Assembly: GCA_963205305.1 (NCBI GenBank)
Contig: CAUJIC010000071.1
Coordinates: forward strand, 1-56,094
DNA: 56,094 bases
Direction: 5' to 3'
From: Pseudomonadota bacterium
GTDB lineage: Bacteria > Pseudomonadota > Alphaproteobacteria > Rickettsiales > UBA3002
A program made the translations under genes and the position numbers. The notes under the pieces are model-generated. The model did no database searches. It saw only the letters and a program-made list of their open reading frames with translations, and was not told where the DNA came from. Positions 19,052 through 29,151 of the stretch are shown here, one piece after another. Position 1 is the first letter of the stretch. Each line of letters begins with the position of its first letter.

Positions 19052-20239
19052 TTATGCTACGCCCGATACTTTTGCCACTTCGGCAGCAAAGTCATCGGCG
19101 GCTTTCTCGATGCCTTCACCCAGCGCGAAGCGGGTGAACGCTTTGAGAGCAACAGGCGCGCCCACATCGGTGCTAGCGTTGCTGAGCACTTCGCTCACTT
19201 TCGATTTGCCATCGATCACGAATACTTGCTCGAACAGTACGGATTCGCGCAGGGTTTCGTTGTAGTAGAGATCAGCCAGCTTGGCTTTGATTGCCGACTC
19301 ATCGCCATACGAACGCATTTTCTTGAGCAGGAATGCGGTTTCGGCGAAGAATACGTTGAGAAGTTTTTGGGTCTTCTCGGCATCTTGCTTGTCTTTGCGG
19401 TCTTCGCTCGCCGATTGACGCACAACATCGTCGAGTAACGCATCGACGTTCACCGCGCGCTGGACGAGTTCTTTCAGCTTAGGCTCGAACTGCTTCTCGG
19501 AGAAGTTTTGCTCTTTCACGAACTTGTCTTTGTGCTTGGCCATGGCGGATTCGAACGCGCAGAATTCGGCAAACAGTTTTTCTGCCTTGTTCTTGCTCAC
19601 ATCTTGCTCGCGCGCTTTGGCATCGGCTGGGATGTTGCTCAGTTCGATGTAGCTTGGGTTGCTGGCTGCAATGTGCATGGCCAGTTGTTTGCCCAACATT
19701 TCAAGTTTTGCGGCATCGCCTGTCGATTCGAGCGCAACGAGCACGCCGATTTTACCCATGCCAGGCTTCACAGCGCCGTGGATATAGGTGGAGACCACGC
19801 CGTTCGCCACGTTGAGAGTAGCCACGCGGCGCAGGTTCATGTTCTCGCCAATGGTGGCCACGGCATCGGTGATGGATTCGGCCACGGTTTTGTTGGTGGC
19901 GCCCATTTTTTGTGCCTTGAGGGCTTCGATGTCGGTGCCCGAGCTGAGTGCTTCGTTCGCGATTTCATGTGCGAGGGCTTGGAATTGGTCGTTACGTGCA
20001 ACGAAATCGGTCTCGGAGTTGAGCTCGATCACGGCAGCGCTGGTACCGTTGCCAGCCACAGCGATGAGGCCTTCGGCAGCCACGCGGCCCGATTTTTTAG
20101 CGGCTTGCGACAAGCCTTTGTTACGCAGCCAGTCGATGGCGGCTTCCATGTTGCCTTTGCTCTCGTCGAGAGCGCGTTTGCAATCCATCATGCCAGCGCC
20201 CGAGCGCTCGCGCAGTTCTTTTACTAATTGTGCGGACAT
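19052..20239 (-). CDS. tsf: Elongation factor Ts (unusually long, 395 aa)
   Basis: N-terminal UBA-like LVKELRERSGAGMMDCKRAL, ...IELNSETDFVARND..., C-terminal ...FTRFALGEGIEKAADDFAAEVA. Contains an extra ~85-aa segment (see findings). Confidence 0.9.
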   Translation of the reverse strand: MSAQLVKELRERSGAGMMDCKRALDESKGNMEAAIDWLRNKGLSQAAKKSGRVAAEGLIAVAGNGTSAAVIELNSETDFVARNDQFQALAHEIANEALSSGTDIEALKAQKMGATNKTVAESITDAVATIGENMNLRRVATLNVANGVVSTYIHGAVKPGMGKIGVLVALESTGDAAKLEMLGKQLAMHIAASNPSYIELSNIPADAKAREQDVSKNKAEKLFAEFCAFESAMAKHKDKFVKEQNFSEKQFEPKLKELVQRAVNVDALLDDVVRQSASEDRKDKQDAEKTQKLLNVFFAETAFLLKKMRSYGDESAIKAKLADLYYNETLRESVLFEQVFVIDGKSKVSEVLSNASTDVGAPVALKAFTRFALGEGIEKAADDFAAEVAKVSGVA

Positions 20240-20266
20240 TAGAGTTCTCCTGATATTTTTTGAAAG

Positions 20267-20294
20267 GTCACCCCAGCGTTGAAGCTGGGGTGAC
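20267..20294 (-). other. Intercistronic hairpin between rpsB and tsf
   Basis: Perfect 11-bp stem GTCACCCCAGC / GCTGGGGTGAC with a 6-nt loop. No U-run follows it in the direction of transcription, so it is a possible attenuator or processing or stability element rather than a full terminator. Confidence 0.45.
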
Positions 20295-20303
20295 TTGCAT
20301 TAA

Positions 20304-21308
20304 TTACGCGCTTTTCTTCGCGGATTTTTTAGCTTTTGGAGCTTCTTCAGCAGATGCTTCAGCGGCTACGGCAGCTTCGAAAGGCACTTCGGTGGCTTTC
20401 TTTTTAGCGGCTTTTTTAGCTTCTTCAGCGAAGGCTTCCTTTTTGGTGGAAGATGCTGGAGCAGCTTTTGGTGCGGATTTAGCGCCTTTGCCACCTTTGC
20501 TGTCTTTACGCGAATCGCGGCTCAGCTTCTCTTGCTGTTGGCGCTCGGTCAGGCCTTCGCCTGCTTCAGCTTCCACGGCATCAATCTGCGCGCCGAAATC
20601 ATCGTTCTTGCCACCGAGGTTCTCTTTGAGACCCGAAAGAGCTGCATCCGAGATTAGTTTGCAGTAGAGTTTGATGGCGCGGGTTGCATCGTCGTTACCC
20701 GGGATTGGGAAATCAATGCCATCGGCCGTGCAGTTGGTATCGATGATGGCAACGATTGGAATCCCCAGCTTTTTGGCTTCTTTAACGGCCAATTCTTCGC
20801 GGTTGGTATCGATGATGAACAGCAAATCAGGTTTGCCGCCCATTTCACGAATCCCGCCGAGCGAGCGCTCGAGCTTATCGCGGTTGCGCGACATGGTGAG
20901 GATTTCTTTTTTGGTCAGACCCGACTCAGGGTTCGCAAGCTGCTCTTCGTATTTACGCAGTTGGCGAATGGAGTTTTGAATCGTGCTCCAGTTGGTGAGC
21001 ATGCCACCCAACCAGCGTTGATCGACATAATACTGGCCGCAACGCTTTGCGGATTCAGCAATCGTCTCTGACGCTTGGCGTTTGGTGCCTACGAACAGGA
21101 TACGACCGTTTTTAGCGACCGTGGCGCGAACAGCGCTCAGCGCGCGGTGCAGCATGGGCACGGTTTGTTGCAGGTCGATGATGTGGATGTCGTTGCGGGT
21201 GCCGTAGATGAACGGCGCCATGCGTGGGTTCCAACGTTTGGTTTTGTGGCCGAAGTGAACGCCTGCTTCAATAAGCTCGCGCATCGAAAAGTCAGGAAGT
21301 GCTGACAT
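20304..21308 (-). CDS. rpsB: 30S ribosomal protein S2 with ~100-aa K/A/E-rich C-terminal tail
   Basis: [22 protein letters not shown]..., ...LFVGTKRQA..., ...IVAIIDTNC... The conserved core ends near residue 230 of 334. Confidence 0.95.
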   Translation of the reverse strand: MSALPDFSMRELIEAGVHFGHKTKRWNPRMAPFIYGTRNDIHIIDLQQTVPMLHRALSAVRATVAKNGRILFVGTKRQASETIAESAKRCGQYYVDQRWLGGMLTNWSTIQNSIRQLRKYEEQLANPESGLTKKEILTMSRNRDKLERSLGGIREMGGKPDLLFIIDTNREELAVKEAKKLGIPIVAIIDTNCTADGIDFPIPGNDDATRAIKLYCKLISDAALSGLKENLGGKNDDFGAQIDAVEAEAGEGLTERQQQEKLSRDSRKDSKGGKGAKSAPKAAPASSTKKEAFAEEAKKAAKKKATEVPFEAAVAAEASAEEAPKAKKSAKKSA

Positions 21309-21559
21309 AGTGTAGTCTCCTTTAGTCCGGTTAATCCTCCGTGAACGATGGCCATCTCTGGCACCGGCGGGTGGTTCGGAACTCCCGAATTACCCTGACA
21401 TTCACGTGTGTGTTCCCTCAAACCCAATGTTTGGGGGTGCGGCTTGTTAATCCAAATAGCATAGGGTTGCAAGCCTTTTTTGGCGTGAAAGCGTAATCTG
21501 GCACCCGCTTGTAATTGCTCGCGCGGCGTAATATGTAAGCCATTCACATCGGAGGGGTT

Positions 21560-22342
21560 ATGCTTAAAGGAAAATCAGCGATTGTAACGGGTTCCACGAG
21601 CGGGATTGGCCTTGGGATAGCCGAAGCATTGGCAGAGCAGGGGGTTAATATCCTGTTCAACGGGTTTGGAGACAAGGCCGCGATTGACCAAGTGGTAACG
21701 GGTACGGCATCGAAATTTGGTGTAAAAACAGCCTATTCTGCCGCCGATATGAGCAAGCCCGCCGATATACGCGACATGGTGAAATTGGGCGTCGATACGT
21801 TCGGCGCGGTCGATATTTTGGTGAATAATGCGGGGATTCAGCACACGGCCACCATCGAAGATTTCCCTGAAGAGAAGTGGGATGCGATTATTGCCATCAA
21901 CCTCAGCTCGGCATTTCATGCGACCAAAGCGGTGCTGCCAAGCATGAAAGCGCGCGGTTGGGGGCGGATTATTAACGTGGCATCGGCGCATGGGTTGGTA
22001 GCTTCGGCCACGAAATCGGCCTATGTGGCTGCTAAGCACGGCATTGTTGGGCTAACCAAAGTGACGGCACTGGAGCAGGCGGGCAAAGGCATCACCGCGA
22101 ACGCCATTTGCCCTGGTTGGGTGCTGACACCGCTGGTGCAAAAACAGATCGATGATAACGCAAAAGCCAAGGGCATCAGCGCGCAGCAGGCCAAAGAGGA
22201 GCTGTTGGCGGCGAAGGAGCCAAGCATGCATTTTAGCACCCCTGCGGATATTGGCGCACTGACGGTGTTCTTATGTTCCGACGCGGCGGCGAATATGACA
22301 GGCACCAGCCTTAGCCACGATGGTGGCTGGACGGCGCAATAA
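21560..22342 (+). CDS. bdhA: 3-hydroxybutyrate dehydrogenase (SDR)
   Basis: 260 aa. MLKGKSAIVTGSTSGIGLGIA..., NNAGIQH, SAYVAAKHG (YxxxK). Overall pattern typical of D-beta-hydroxybutyrate dehydrogenases. Confidence 0.8.
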   Translation: MLKGKSAIVTGSTSGIGLGIAEALAEQGVNILFNGFGDKAAIDQVVTGTASKFGVKTAYSAADMSKPADIRDMVKLGVDTFGAVDILVNNAGIQHTATIEDFPEEKWDAIIAINLSSAFHATKAVLPSMKARGWGRIINVASAHGLVASATKSAYVAAKHGIVGLTKVTALEQAGKGITANAICPGWVLTPLVQKQIDDNAKAKGISAQQAKEELLAAKEPSMHFSTPADIGALTVFLCSDAAANMTGTSLSHDGGWTAQ

Positions 22343-22345
22343 CCC

Positions 22346-23410
22346 ATGGTGGCCATCCGCAAGCCTAAAGCCAAAAAACTTCAGCTCGACCTTGCCTTGC
22401 AAGGCGGTGGGGCGCACGGGGCGTTTACGTGGGGCGTACTCGATAGGCTGCTCGAGGAAGAAGATATCGAGATTACAGGCATCAGCGGCACCAGCGCAGG
22501 GGCGATGAATGCGGCGGTGCTGATTGATGGCTATAACGAAGGCGGCCGCAAACGCGCTAAGCAACAGCTGCACGATTTTTGGAGGGAGATAAGCGAGGCT
22601 GCGGCGACCTTCGCGCCGTTTGGCCAAGTGCCGCACACAGGAATTATGCCCGGAATGGAGTGGATGAACGCGTTTAACCCGATGGACATGATGTCGCGGA
22701 TGTTCTCGCCCTATGAATGTAATCCGCTGAATATTAACCCTATGCGTGGGGTGCTAGAGCGCATTCTAGAGCCTAAGCACCTGCAAAACGGTATTAAGCT
22801 GTATGTGACCGCCACCAATGTGGAAACGGGTGAGGCGCGGGTCTTTCAGGGCAACGAAATTACGATCGATGTGCTGCTTGCCTCGGCCTGTTTGCCGTTT
22901 GTTTATCAGGCGGTGGAAATTGACGGCGTGCCCTATTGGGATGGCGGCTATATGGGCAACCCTGCCATTTGGCCGCTGATTTATGGTACAAAATGCCACG
23001 ATGTTTTGCTGGTGCAAATCAACCCGCTCACCCGAAGCGGCACCCCCAAAACCGCGATGGATATTATCAATCGTGTCAACGAAATTAGCTTTAACTCGAG
23101 CCTGATTGCCGAAATGCGCGCGATTAACTTTGTGCGCAAACTGATTAAGAAGGGTAGGCTGAAGAACACGGAATATGCCGATATGCGCATGCACAGGGTG
23201 TTGCCTCCTGCCGATTTGCAGGAAATGAATGCCAGCAGCAAAATGAATGCTAGCTGGGATTTCTTTTTGTTGCTACATGGCATCGGGCGCACGCAAATGG
23301 ATGCGTGGCTTACGAAGAATAAGAAGTATCTTGGCAAGGAAAGCTCGATTGATATTCAAGAACAGTTCCTTGCTAAATCGCACATACGAAAAACGAAACA
23401 GGTGACCTAA
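22346..23410 (+). CDS. Patatin-like phospholipase/esterase family protein
   Basis: Oxyanion GGGAHGAF and nucleophile elbow GTSAGA (GxSxG). The DGG motif of the catalytic Asp is in ...PYWDGGYMGNPA. Confidence 0.85.
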   Translation: MVAIRKPKAKKLQLDLALQGGGAHGAFTWGVLDRLLEEEDIEITGISGTSAGAMNAAVLIDGYNEGGRKRAKQQLHDFWREISEAAATFAPFGQVPHTGIMPGMEWMNAFNPMDMMSRMFSPYECNPLNINPMRGVLERILEPKHLQNGIKLYVTATNVETGEARVFQGNEITIDVLLASACLPFVYQAVEIDGVPYWDGGYMGNPAIWPLIYGTKCHDVLLVQINPLTRSGTPKTAMDIINRVNEISFNSSLIAEMRAINFVRKLIKKGRLKNTEYADMRMHRVLPPADLQEMNASSKMNASWDFFLLLHGIGRTQMDAWLTKNKKYLGKESSIDIQEQFLAKSHIRKTKQVT

Positions 23411-23411
23411 C

Positions 23412-24389
23412 ATGATGGAAATTTTAAGCCTGACATTACTTGGTAAGCCAGTGCTGCTTTGGGCGTCGTTCCTTGCGGTGGTGCTTGTTCTTCTGGCGTT
23501 TGATCTTGGCGTGCTTCACCGCACGGATAAAGAAATATCGGTGAAGCAAAGCCTACGCTTGAGTGCGTTTTATATCAGCATAGGGCTGCTGTTTGGGTTG
23601 TTCATTTATCATGAGCTGGGCGGGCAAGCGGCGCAGGAATATTATACCGGGTTCATTATCGAAAAGACATTGTCGCTCGATAATATCTTCGTGATTTCAT
23701 TGGTGTTCAGCTACTTCTCGATTCCACGTAATTACCAGTATCGTGTGCTTTTCTGGGGAATTCTTGGCGTTATTATTCTACGCGCTATACTTATCGGTGT
23801 GGGCGCAGAGATTGTTCACCAGTTTGAGTGGGCGCTTTATGTTTTTGCGGCATTCCTTGTTTATACTGGCTTCAAAATGCTCAAAAACGACGATGAAGAG
23901 CATGATATTAGTGCCAATCCAGTGGTGAAGTTTGTTCGCAAATATATGCGGGTGACGAACGAACTGCATGGAAACAAATTCTTCGTGCGCTTACCAGATG
24001 CTAACACAGGTAAGAGACAGAATTTTGCCACGCCGCTATTCATGGCGCTGGTGGTGGTGGAATTTGTGGATGTGATTTTTGCTCTCGATTCGGTGCCCGC
24101 TATTTTCGCAGTGACAACGGATGAGTATATTGTCTACACCAGCAACATTTTCGCGATTCTAGGCCTGCGTGCGCTGTATTTCGCGCTGGCAGCGCTGCTG
24201 CATCGGTTCGAATATCTCAAATATTCGCTTTCTGCAGTGCTGATCTTCATTGGTGGCAAGGTGTTTTACCCACTCATTTCGGGCGGAGATAAAGTGCCAT
24301 CCAGCATTTCGCTCACGGTCACGATTTCCATTCTGGCGATGGGGATTGTGTACTCGCTGCACAAAACCAAGCAGGGCAAGGCAGAGTAG
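23412..24389 (+). CDS. TerC family integral membrane protein
   Basis: 325 aa, multi-TM. ...YYTGFIIEKTLSLDNIFVISLVF... and ...VVVEFVDVIFALDSVPAIFAVT... are the paired TerC motifs. Starts 1 nt after the patatin stop. Confidence 0.85.
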   Translation: MMEILSLTLLGKPVLLWASFLAVVLVLLAFDLGVLHRTDKEISVKQSLRLSAFYISIGLLFGLFIYHELGGQAAQEYYTGFIIEKTLSLDNIFVISLVFSYFSIPRNYQYRVLFWGILGVIILRAILIGVGAEIVHQFEWALYVFAAFLVYTGFKMLKNDDEEHDISANPVVKFVRKYMRVTNELHGNKFFVRLPDANTGKRQNFATPLFMALVVVEFVDVIFALDSVPAIFAVTTDEYIVYTSNIFAILGLRALYFALAALLHRFEYLKYSLSAVLIFIGGKVFYPLISGGDKVPSSISLTVTISILAMGIVYSLHKTKQGKAE

Positions 24390-24393
24390 GGCA

Positions 24394-25119
24394 CTACATC
24401 AGCCCGAAGCTTTTGAAGCTGTAATGCCCAGTGTCGCTGATGATGACATGGTCGTGCACGCTGACATTCACCGTTTTGCAGGCATCAATAATTTGGGTGG
24501 TGATGTCGATGTCGGCCTTGCTGGGTGAGGGGTCGCCGCTGGGGTGGTTATGCAACAAGATGATAGATGCAGCGGCTAGTTCCAGCGCGCGTTTCACAAT
24601 CTCGCGCGGGTAGACGGGCGTGTGGTTGATGGTCCCGCGCTGCATCACTTCATCGGCAATCAGCACGTGGCGGTTATTGAGGAATAATACACGGAATTCC
24701 TCGATTTTTTTGTTGCCCATGGCCAGCTTGCAGTAATCCATCAGCGCCGACCACGATTGAATGACTGGCTGGTCACTGATTTCTGATTTAATGAGGCGCT
24801 GGGTAGAAATACGGATGGTTTTGAGGGCGGCCACCACGGCATCCCCCACATCATCGACTGCGCGCAGGGCGGTGTCCTCGGCGTGGATGACCTTTGCAAA
24901 GTTGCCAAAATGCTTGAGAAGTGCCTTGGCGAGGGGTTTGACATCGCCGCGCGGGCGCGCAGAAAACAAAATAAGCTCAAGTAGCTCGTAATCGGGCAGG
25001 GCATCGCCACTGGCACCCAAAAAGCGCTCGCGCAGGCGGGCACGGTGGCCAAGATAGTGGGGAGATGTTTCGTCGCTCATGGGTTCTGGGTAGCGCTTAT
25101 CGCTGCGACTTGCAATCAT
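24394..25119 (-). CDS. radC: RadC-family (JAB/MPN domain) protein
   Basis: ...HYLGHRARLRERF..., C-terminal JAMM-like ...IILLHNHPSGDPSPSKADI... The start may instead be the internal ATG at 25080. Confidence 0.85.
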   Translation of the reverse strand: MIASRSDKRYPEPMSDETSPHYLGHRARLRERFLGASGDALPDYELLELILFSARPRGDVKPLAKALLKHFGNFAKVIHAEDTALRAVDDVGDAVVAALKTIRISTQRLIKSEISDQPVIQSWSALMDYCKLAMGNKKIEEFRVLFLNNRHVLIADEVMQRGTINHTPVYPREIVKRALELAAASIILLHNHPSGDPSPSKADIDITTQIIDACKTVNVSVHDHVIISDTGHYSFKSFGLM

Positions 25120-25194
25120 GCGAAAAACTTATATGGTGCCGCAGTTCAAATGGTTAATAATTGAATCTTAATAACAACAAAACGGATTAGGAAC

Positions 25195-25758
25195 ATGACT
25201 GAAGCATACAATGAAATGAAATCAATCTGCGTATTCTGTGGTGCGCAAAATGCGGTACCCGAAGTGCATAAGGAAATGGCGCGTACGCTTGGGATTGATA
25301 TGGCCAAGGCGGGCAAACAGCTGGTCTATGGCGGCGGCGATTGCGGCCTGATGGGGGCGGTGGCCAACGGTGTGCTTGAAGGCAAAGGCAAAGCAATCGG
25401 CGTATTCCCGCGTTCGCTGGGGCGTATCGAGGTGGAGCACAAAGGCCTCACCCAAATGATCATGGTCGATTCGATGCATGAACGTAAGCAAATTATGTAT
25501 GATAATTCGGATGTGTTTGTGGTGCTACCTGGCGGTTTTGGTACGCTGGATGAGATGTTCGAGGTGATTACGTGGCGCCAGATCAAGATTCACGAGAAAT
25601 TCGTGATTATCTATAACCATAACGGCTATTGGGACCACCTGATTACGCTGATGGATAATATCATTAATGTGGGCTTTGCGCGTGAAAGCAACCGTGAGTT
25701 CTATACCGTCGTGAACACGAAGGAAGAACTTTACACCATGTTAGGCTTAAAAGCGTAA
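25195..25758 (+). CDS. LOG family (TIGR00730) nucleotide 5'-monophosphate nucleosidase
   Basis: ...VYGGGDCGLMGAVA... and PGGFGTLDEMFE motifs. 187 aa. Confidence 0.85.
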   Translation: MTEAYNEMKSICVFCGAQNAVPEVHKEMARTLGIDMAKAGKQLVYGGGDCGLMGAVANGVLEGKGKAIGVFPRSLGRIEVEHKGLTQMIMVDSMHERKQIMYDNSDVFVVLPGGFGTLDEMFEVITWRQIKIHEKFVIIYNHNGYWDHLITLMDNIINVGFARESNREFYTVVNTKEELYTMLGLKA

Positions 25759-25870
25759 TCATTGACGACATGTTATGTGGATTTTTCAAAAATATTCACA
25801 TAAAAAACACAAGCAAATGAGCCAATTTTTTAGCATTTTAAAAAAAAATGAAAAAAGTTGTTTTTTATTG

Positions 25871-25899
25871 TTGACGGGGGGAAGGCTTATCCCTATACC
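25871..25899 (+). promoter_or_regulatory. Sigma70-type rRNA promoter with upstream A/T-rich UP-like element
   Basis: TTGACG (25871-25876), 17 nt, TATACC (25894-25899). Preceded by AAAAAAAATGAAAAAAGTTGTTTTTTATTG. Lies ~340 nt upstream of the mature 16S 5' end. Confidence 0.6.
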
Positions 25900-25999
25900 C
25901 CACATCCCGACGCGGTGACGAGATTCACCAAAAGCGGGGCCAGAAATGGCTGAATGGGTTCCCTGCCTGACTATGCGGAATCGAACCATTCTGTTGAAT

Positions 26000-26034
26000 G
26001 ATAGTGTGAAGAGCGTTTAAGCGCAGGTGGGTGT
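26000..26034 (+). other. 16S precursor processing stem, 5' arm
   Basis: GATAGTGTGAAGAGCGTTTAAGCGCAGGTGGGTGT is complementary, with 3 mismatches or wobbles, to 27790-27824 downstream of the 16S. This is an RNase III-type stem. Confidence 0.75.
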
Positions 26035-26235
26035 GATGGAAAAAAATCCACAGACCATACCTGCGAACACGTAATAAAAAGTAATTTTTAGAACGCAAGT
26101 AAGTATCCAATGAAACAGTAAGTCCTTAACGGCGAGTTTCATTTGGTATGGTTTGTGTGAGTCTATTCAATTTCTGATTAGTGCTTTAAGTACTAATCGA
26201 ACATCATAGGATTTAACGTCCTATGATATGAATCA

Positions 26236-27716
<1,481 letters not shown>

Positions 27717-27789
27717 AAGGATCATTTCAGATCAATCATCGAGAATTATCTCGGTAATTTCTGAATATCATACCTTACATATTCCATTT

Positions 27790-27824
27790 ACACTCATCTG
27801 CGCTTAAACGCTCCTCACACTATC
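27790..27824 (+). other. 16S precursor processing stem, 3' arm
   Basis: ACACTCATCTGCGCTTAAACGCTCCTCACACTATC pairs with 26000-26034. Confidence 0.75.
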
Positions 27825-27933
27825 CGTCAAAACTGATGTGATACGTTAATTGATGTGTTACTTTAAGATTTCAAAGCAACCATCTGACATAAAAGTAAAA
27901 AGAATAACCTAAAAAGGGTTAGCAACCGAAAAA

Positions 27934-27962
27934 GCCCCGTCAGTAATGACGGGGCTTTTTTG
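27934..27962 (+). terminator. Intrinsic terminator ending the 16S transcription unit
   Basis: GCCCCGTCA-GTAA-TGACGGGGC perfect 9-bp stem followed by TTTTTTGTT. Confidence 0.85.
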
Positions 27963-27977
27963 TTGGTTTGATAGCAA

Positions 27978-27995
27978 TCTTCACACGAATGTCAC
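27978..27995 (+). promoter_or_regulatory. Pho-box-like direct repeat TCTTCAC-ACGA-ATGTCAC
   Basis: 10/14 heptamer positions match, the weakest of the five. Lies 52 nt upstream of ATG 28048. Confidence 0.35.
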
Positions 27996-28047
27996 ACAGC
28001 CATTTTTCTTAATCTGCTACCCTTTACTCATTCTAGGAAAGGGATTT

Positions 28048-28521
28048 ATGGCGCAGTTGTTCAGTGTGGATTCGGAAGATTTCTCGAAGGAGAGGCGCAC
28101 CTTTTCCATCGGATTAGAGAATGACGCATTGGTGGTAAGCCATGATCTGGTTATGCCAGCGGATACTTCGACACCCGCAACGACAATGTTGGTTGCGGTG
28201 AAATTCACAAAGGGGCGCATTGAGGTGAATTGCCAAGCGCATGATTCTAATGAAAAATTTGGTGCTGTTTATACGCAATCGCGCAATGGCAGGTATACGT
28301 GCGAAGAAACTGGAAATTCTGACTATCATGATGGAATGAAATCTATGGGCGAAGCCCTTTTTATGGGTGCAATTTACCCTGATATGATTCGCGCCGCACT
28401 CGGGGCTGTAAAAAAATTGAATCCAGAGCAAGCTCAGCAGCTAACGACATCACAACGACAGTTGGCCCGAGAGCCTGACCGTCTATTGCGCCATTTAAAG
28501 CCTTCAATAAATGAAATATAA
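28048..28521 (+). CDS. Hypothetical protein (orphan, 157 aa)
   Basis: ATG 28048 preceded by AGGAAAGGGA. The longer ORF from 27946 would start inside the 16S terminator and was rejected. Shares a motif pattern with the next ORF. Confidence 0.55.
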   Translation: MAQLFSVDSEDFSKERRTFSIGLENDALVVSHDLVMPADTSTPATTMLVAVKFTKGRIEVNCQAHDSNEKFGAVYTQSRNGRYTCEETGNSDYHDGMKSMGEALFMGAIYPDMIRAALGAVKKLNPEQAQQLTTSQRQLAREPDRLLRHLKPSINEI

Positions 28522-28575
28522 ATCAACGACGACTTGCTGAGTTAGGCTATTATTTTGAAACCAAAGGAGCGGCGC

Positions 28576-29040
28576 GTGCCAACGGAAAAAGTGAGAATCG
28601 GCAGGACGGATTATCTTGTGAAACCTGAGGAGGGTTCCCTCACCGTTCAGTCCGAGCACCCCATGTATGCAGTCCATAGTACTGTGATTGTGCACTTCAC
28701 CGCCACGGGTATTGAGGTGATTGAGGATCGCACCAATGCGCCAGAGCCATGGAAAACCATCGTCACCCCGCTGCGCACGGGCGGGTTTAAAGTCGATACC
28801 ACGGGTGCTGTCGAGGAGCTTGGCATGGTTACGGCGGAGTTTCATTCCATGGATAGTGTGGTCGAATATGCCGATGCGGCGGAGCTAAAGAAGGGCGATG
28901 CGCGCGTGTTCAGCGCAATTCGCAATGCCGTGCAAGCCGCCGCGCAGTTGGAGGGAACCAACACACTCTCCATGGCACAGCGCAAAATGATCGAAGCCTA
29001 CAAAACCCACTTCGAAGAGACGAACTTGCGGATTGGTTAG
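28576..29040 (+). CDS. Hypothetical protein (orphan, ~154 aa), possible distant paralogue of 28048-28521
   Basis: GTG 28576 is preceded by AAGGAG at 28565-28570. The ORF track start TTG 28555 is an alternative. Confidence 0.5.
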   Translation: MPTEKVRIGRTDYLVKPEEGSLTVQSEHPMYAVHSTVIVHFTATGIEVIEDRTNAPEPWKTIVTPLRTGGFKVDTTGAVEELGMVTAEFHSMDSVVEYADAAELKKGDARVFSAIRNAVQAAAQLEGTNTLSMAQRKMIEAYKTHFEETNLRIG

Positions 29041-29085
29041 GGCTGAGGCTTAGACCGCGGATGAGTCGAGGGGCTTTTTTGTTGG

Positions 29086-29103
29086 CTGTCATTAAACCGT
29101 AAC
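29086..29103 (+). promoter_or_regulatory. Pho-box-like direct repeat CTGTCAT-TAAA-CCGTAAC
   Basis: 12/14 heptamer positions match, with an A/T-only spacer. Lies 48 nt upstream of ATG 29152. Confidence 0.5.
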
Positions 29104-29151
29104 AATCCTGTGCTATTCTGACCCTGTAAAAGTAAAAAATAACAGGGCAGA

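Noticed and set aside
23380-23412. Looked for a yybP-ykoY (Mn) riboswitch or pH-responsive leader, which often precedes terC/alx genes.
   Set aside because: terC starts 1 nt after the patatin stop codon, so there is no leader in which such an element could lie.
25786-26110. Two small minus-strand ORFs (67 and 61 aa) in the region upstream of the 16S gene.
   Set aside because: They overlap the rRNA promoter and leader, including the processing-stem arm. They have no RBS and an implausible composition.
29070-29085. The 16-mer GGGGCTTTTTTGTTGG is shared with the 16S terminator tail (27951-27966). It might mark a second terminator or a repeat family.
   Set aside because: The sequence is T-rich and low-complexity. 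The copy at 29070 has no convincing upstream stem, and a repeated 16-mer is near chance expectation across both strands of 56 kb.
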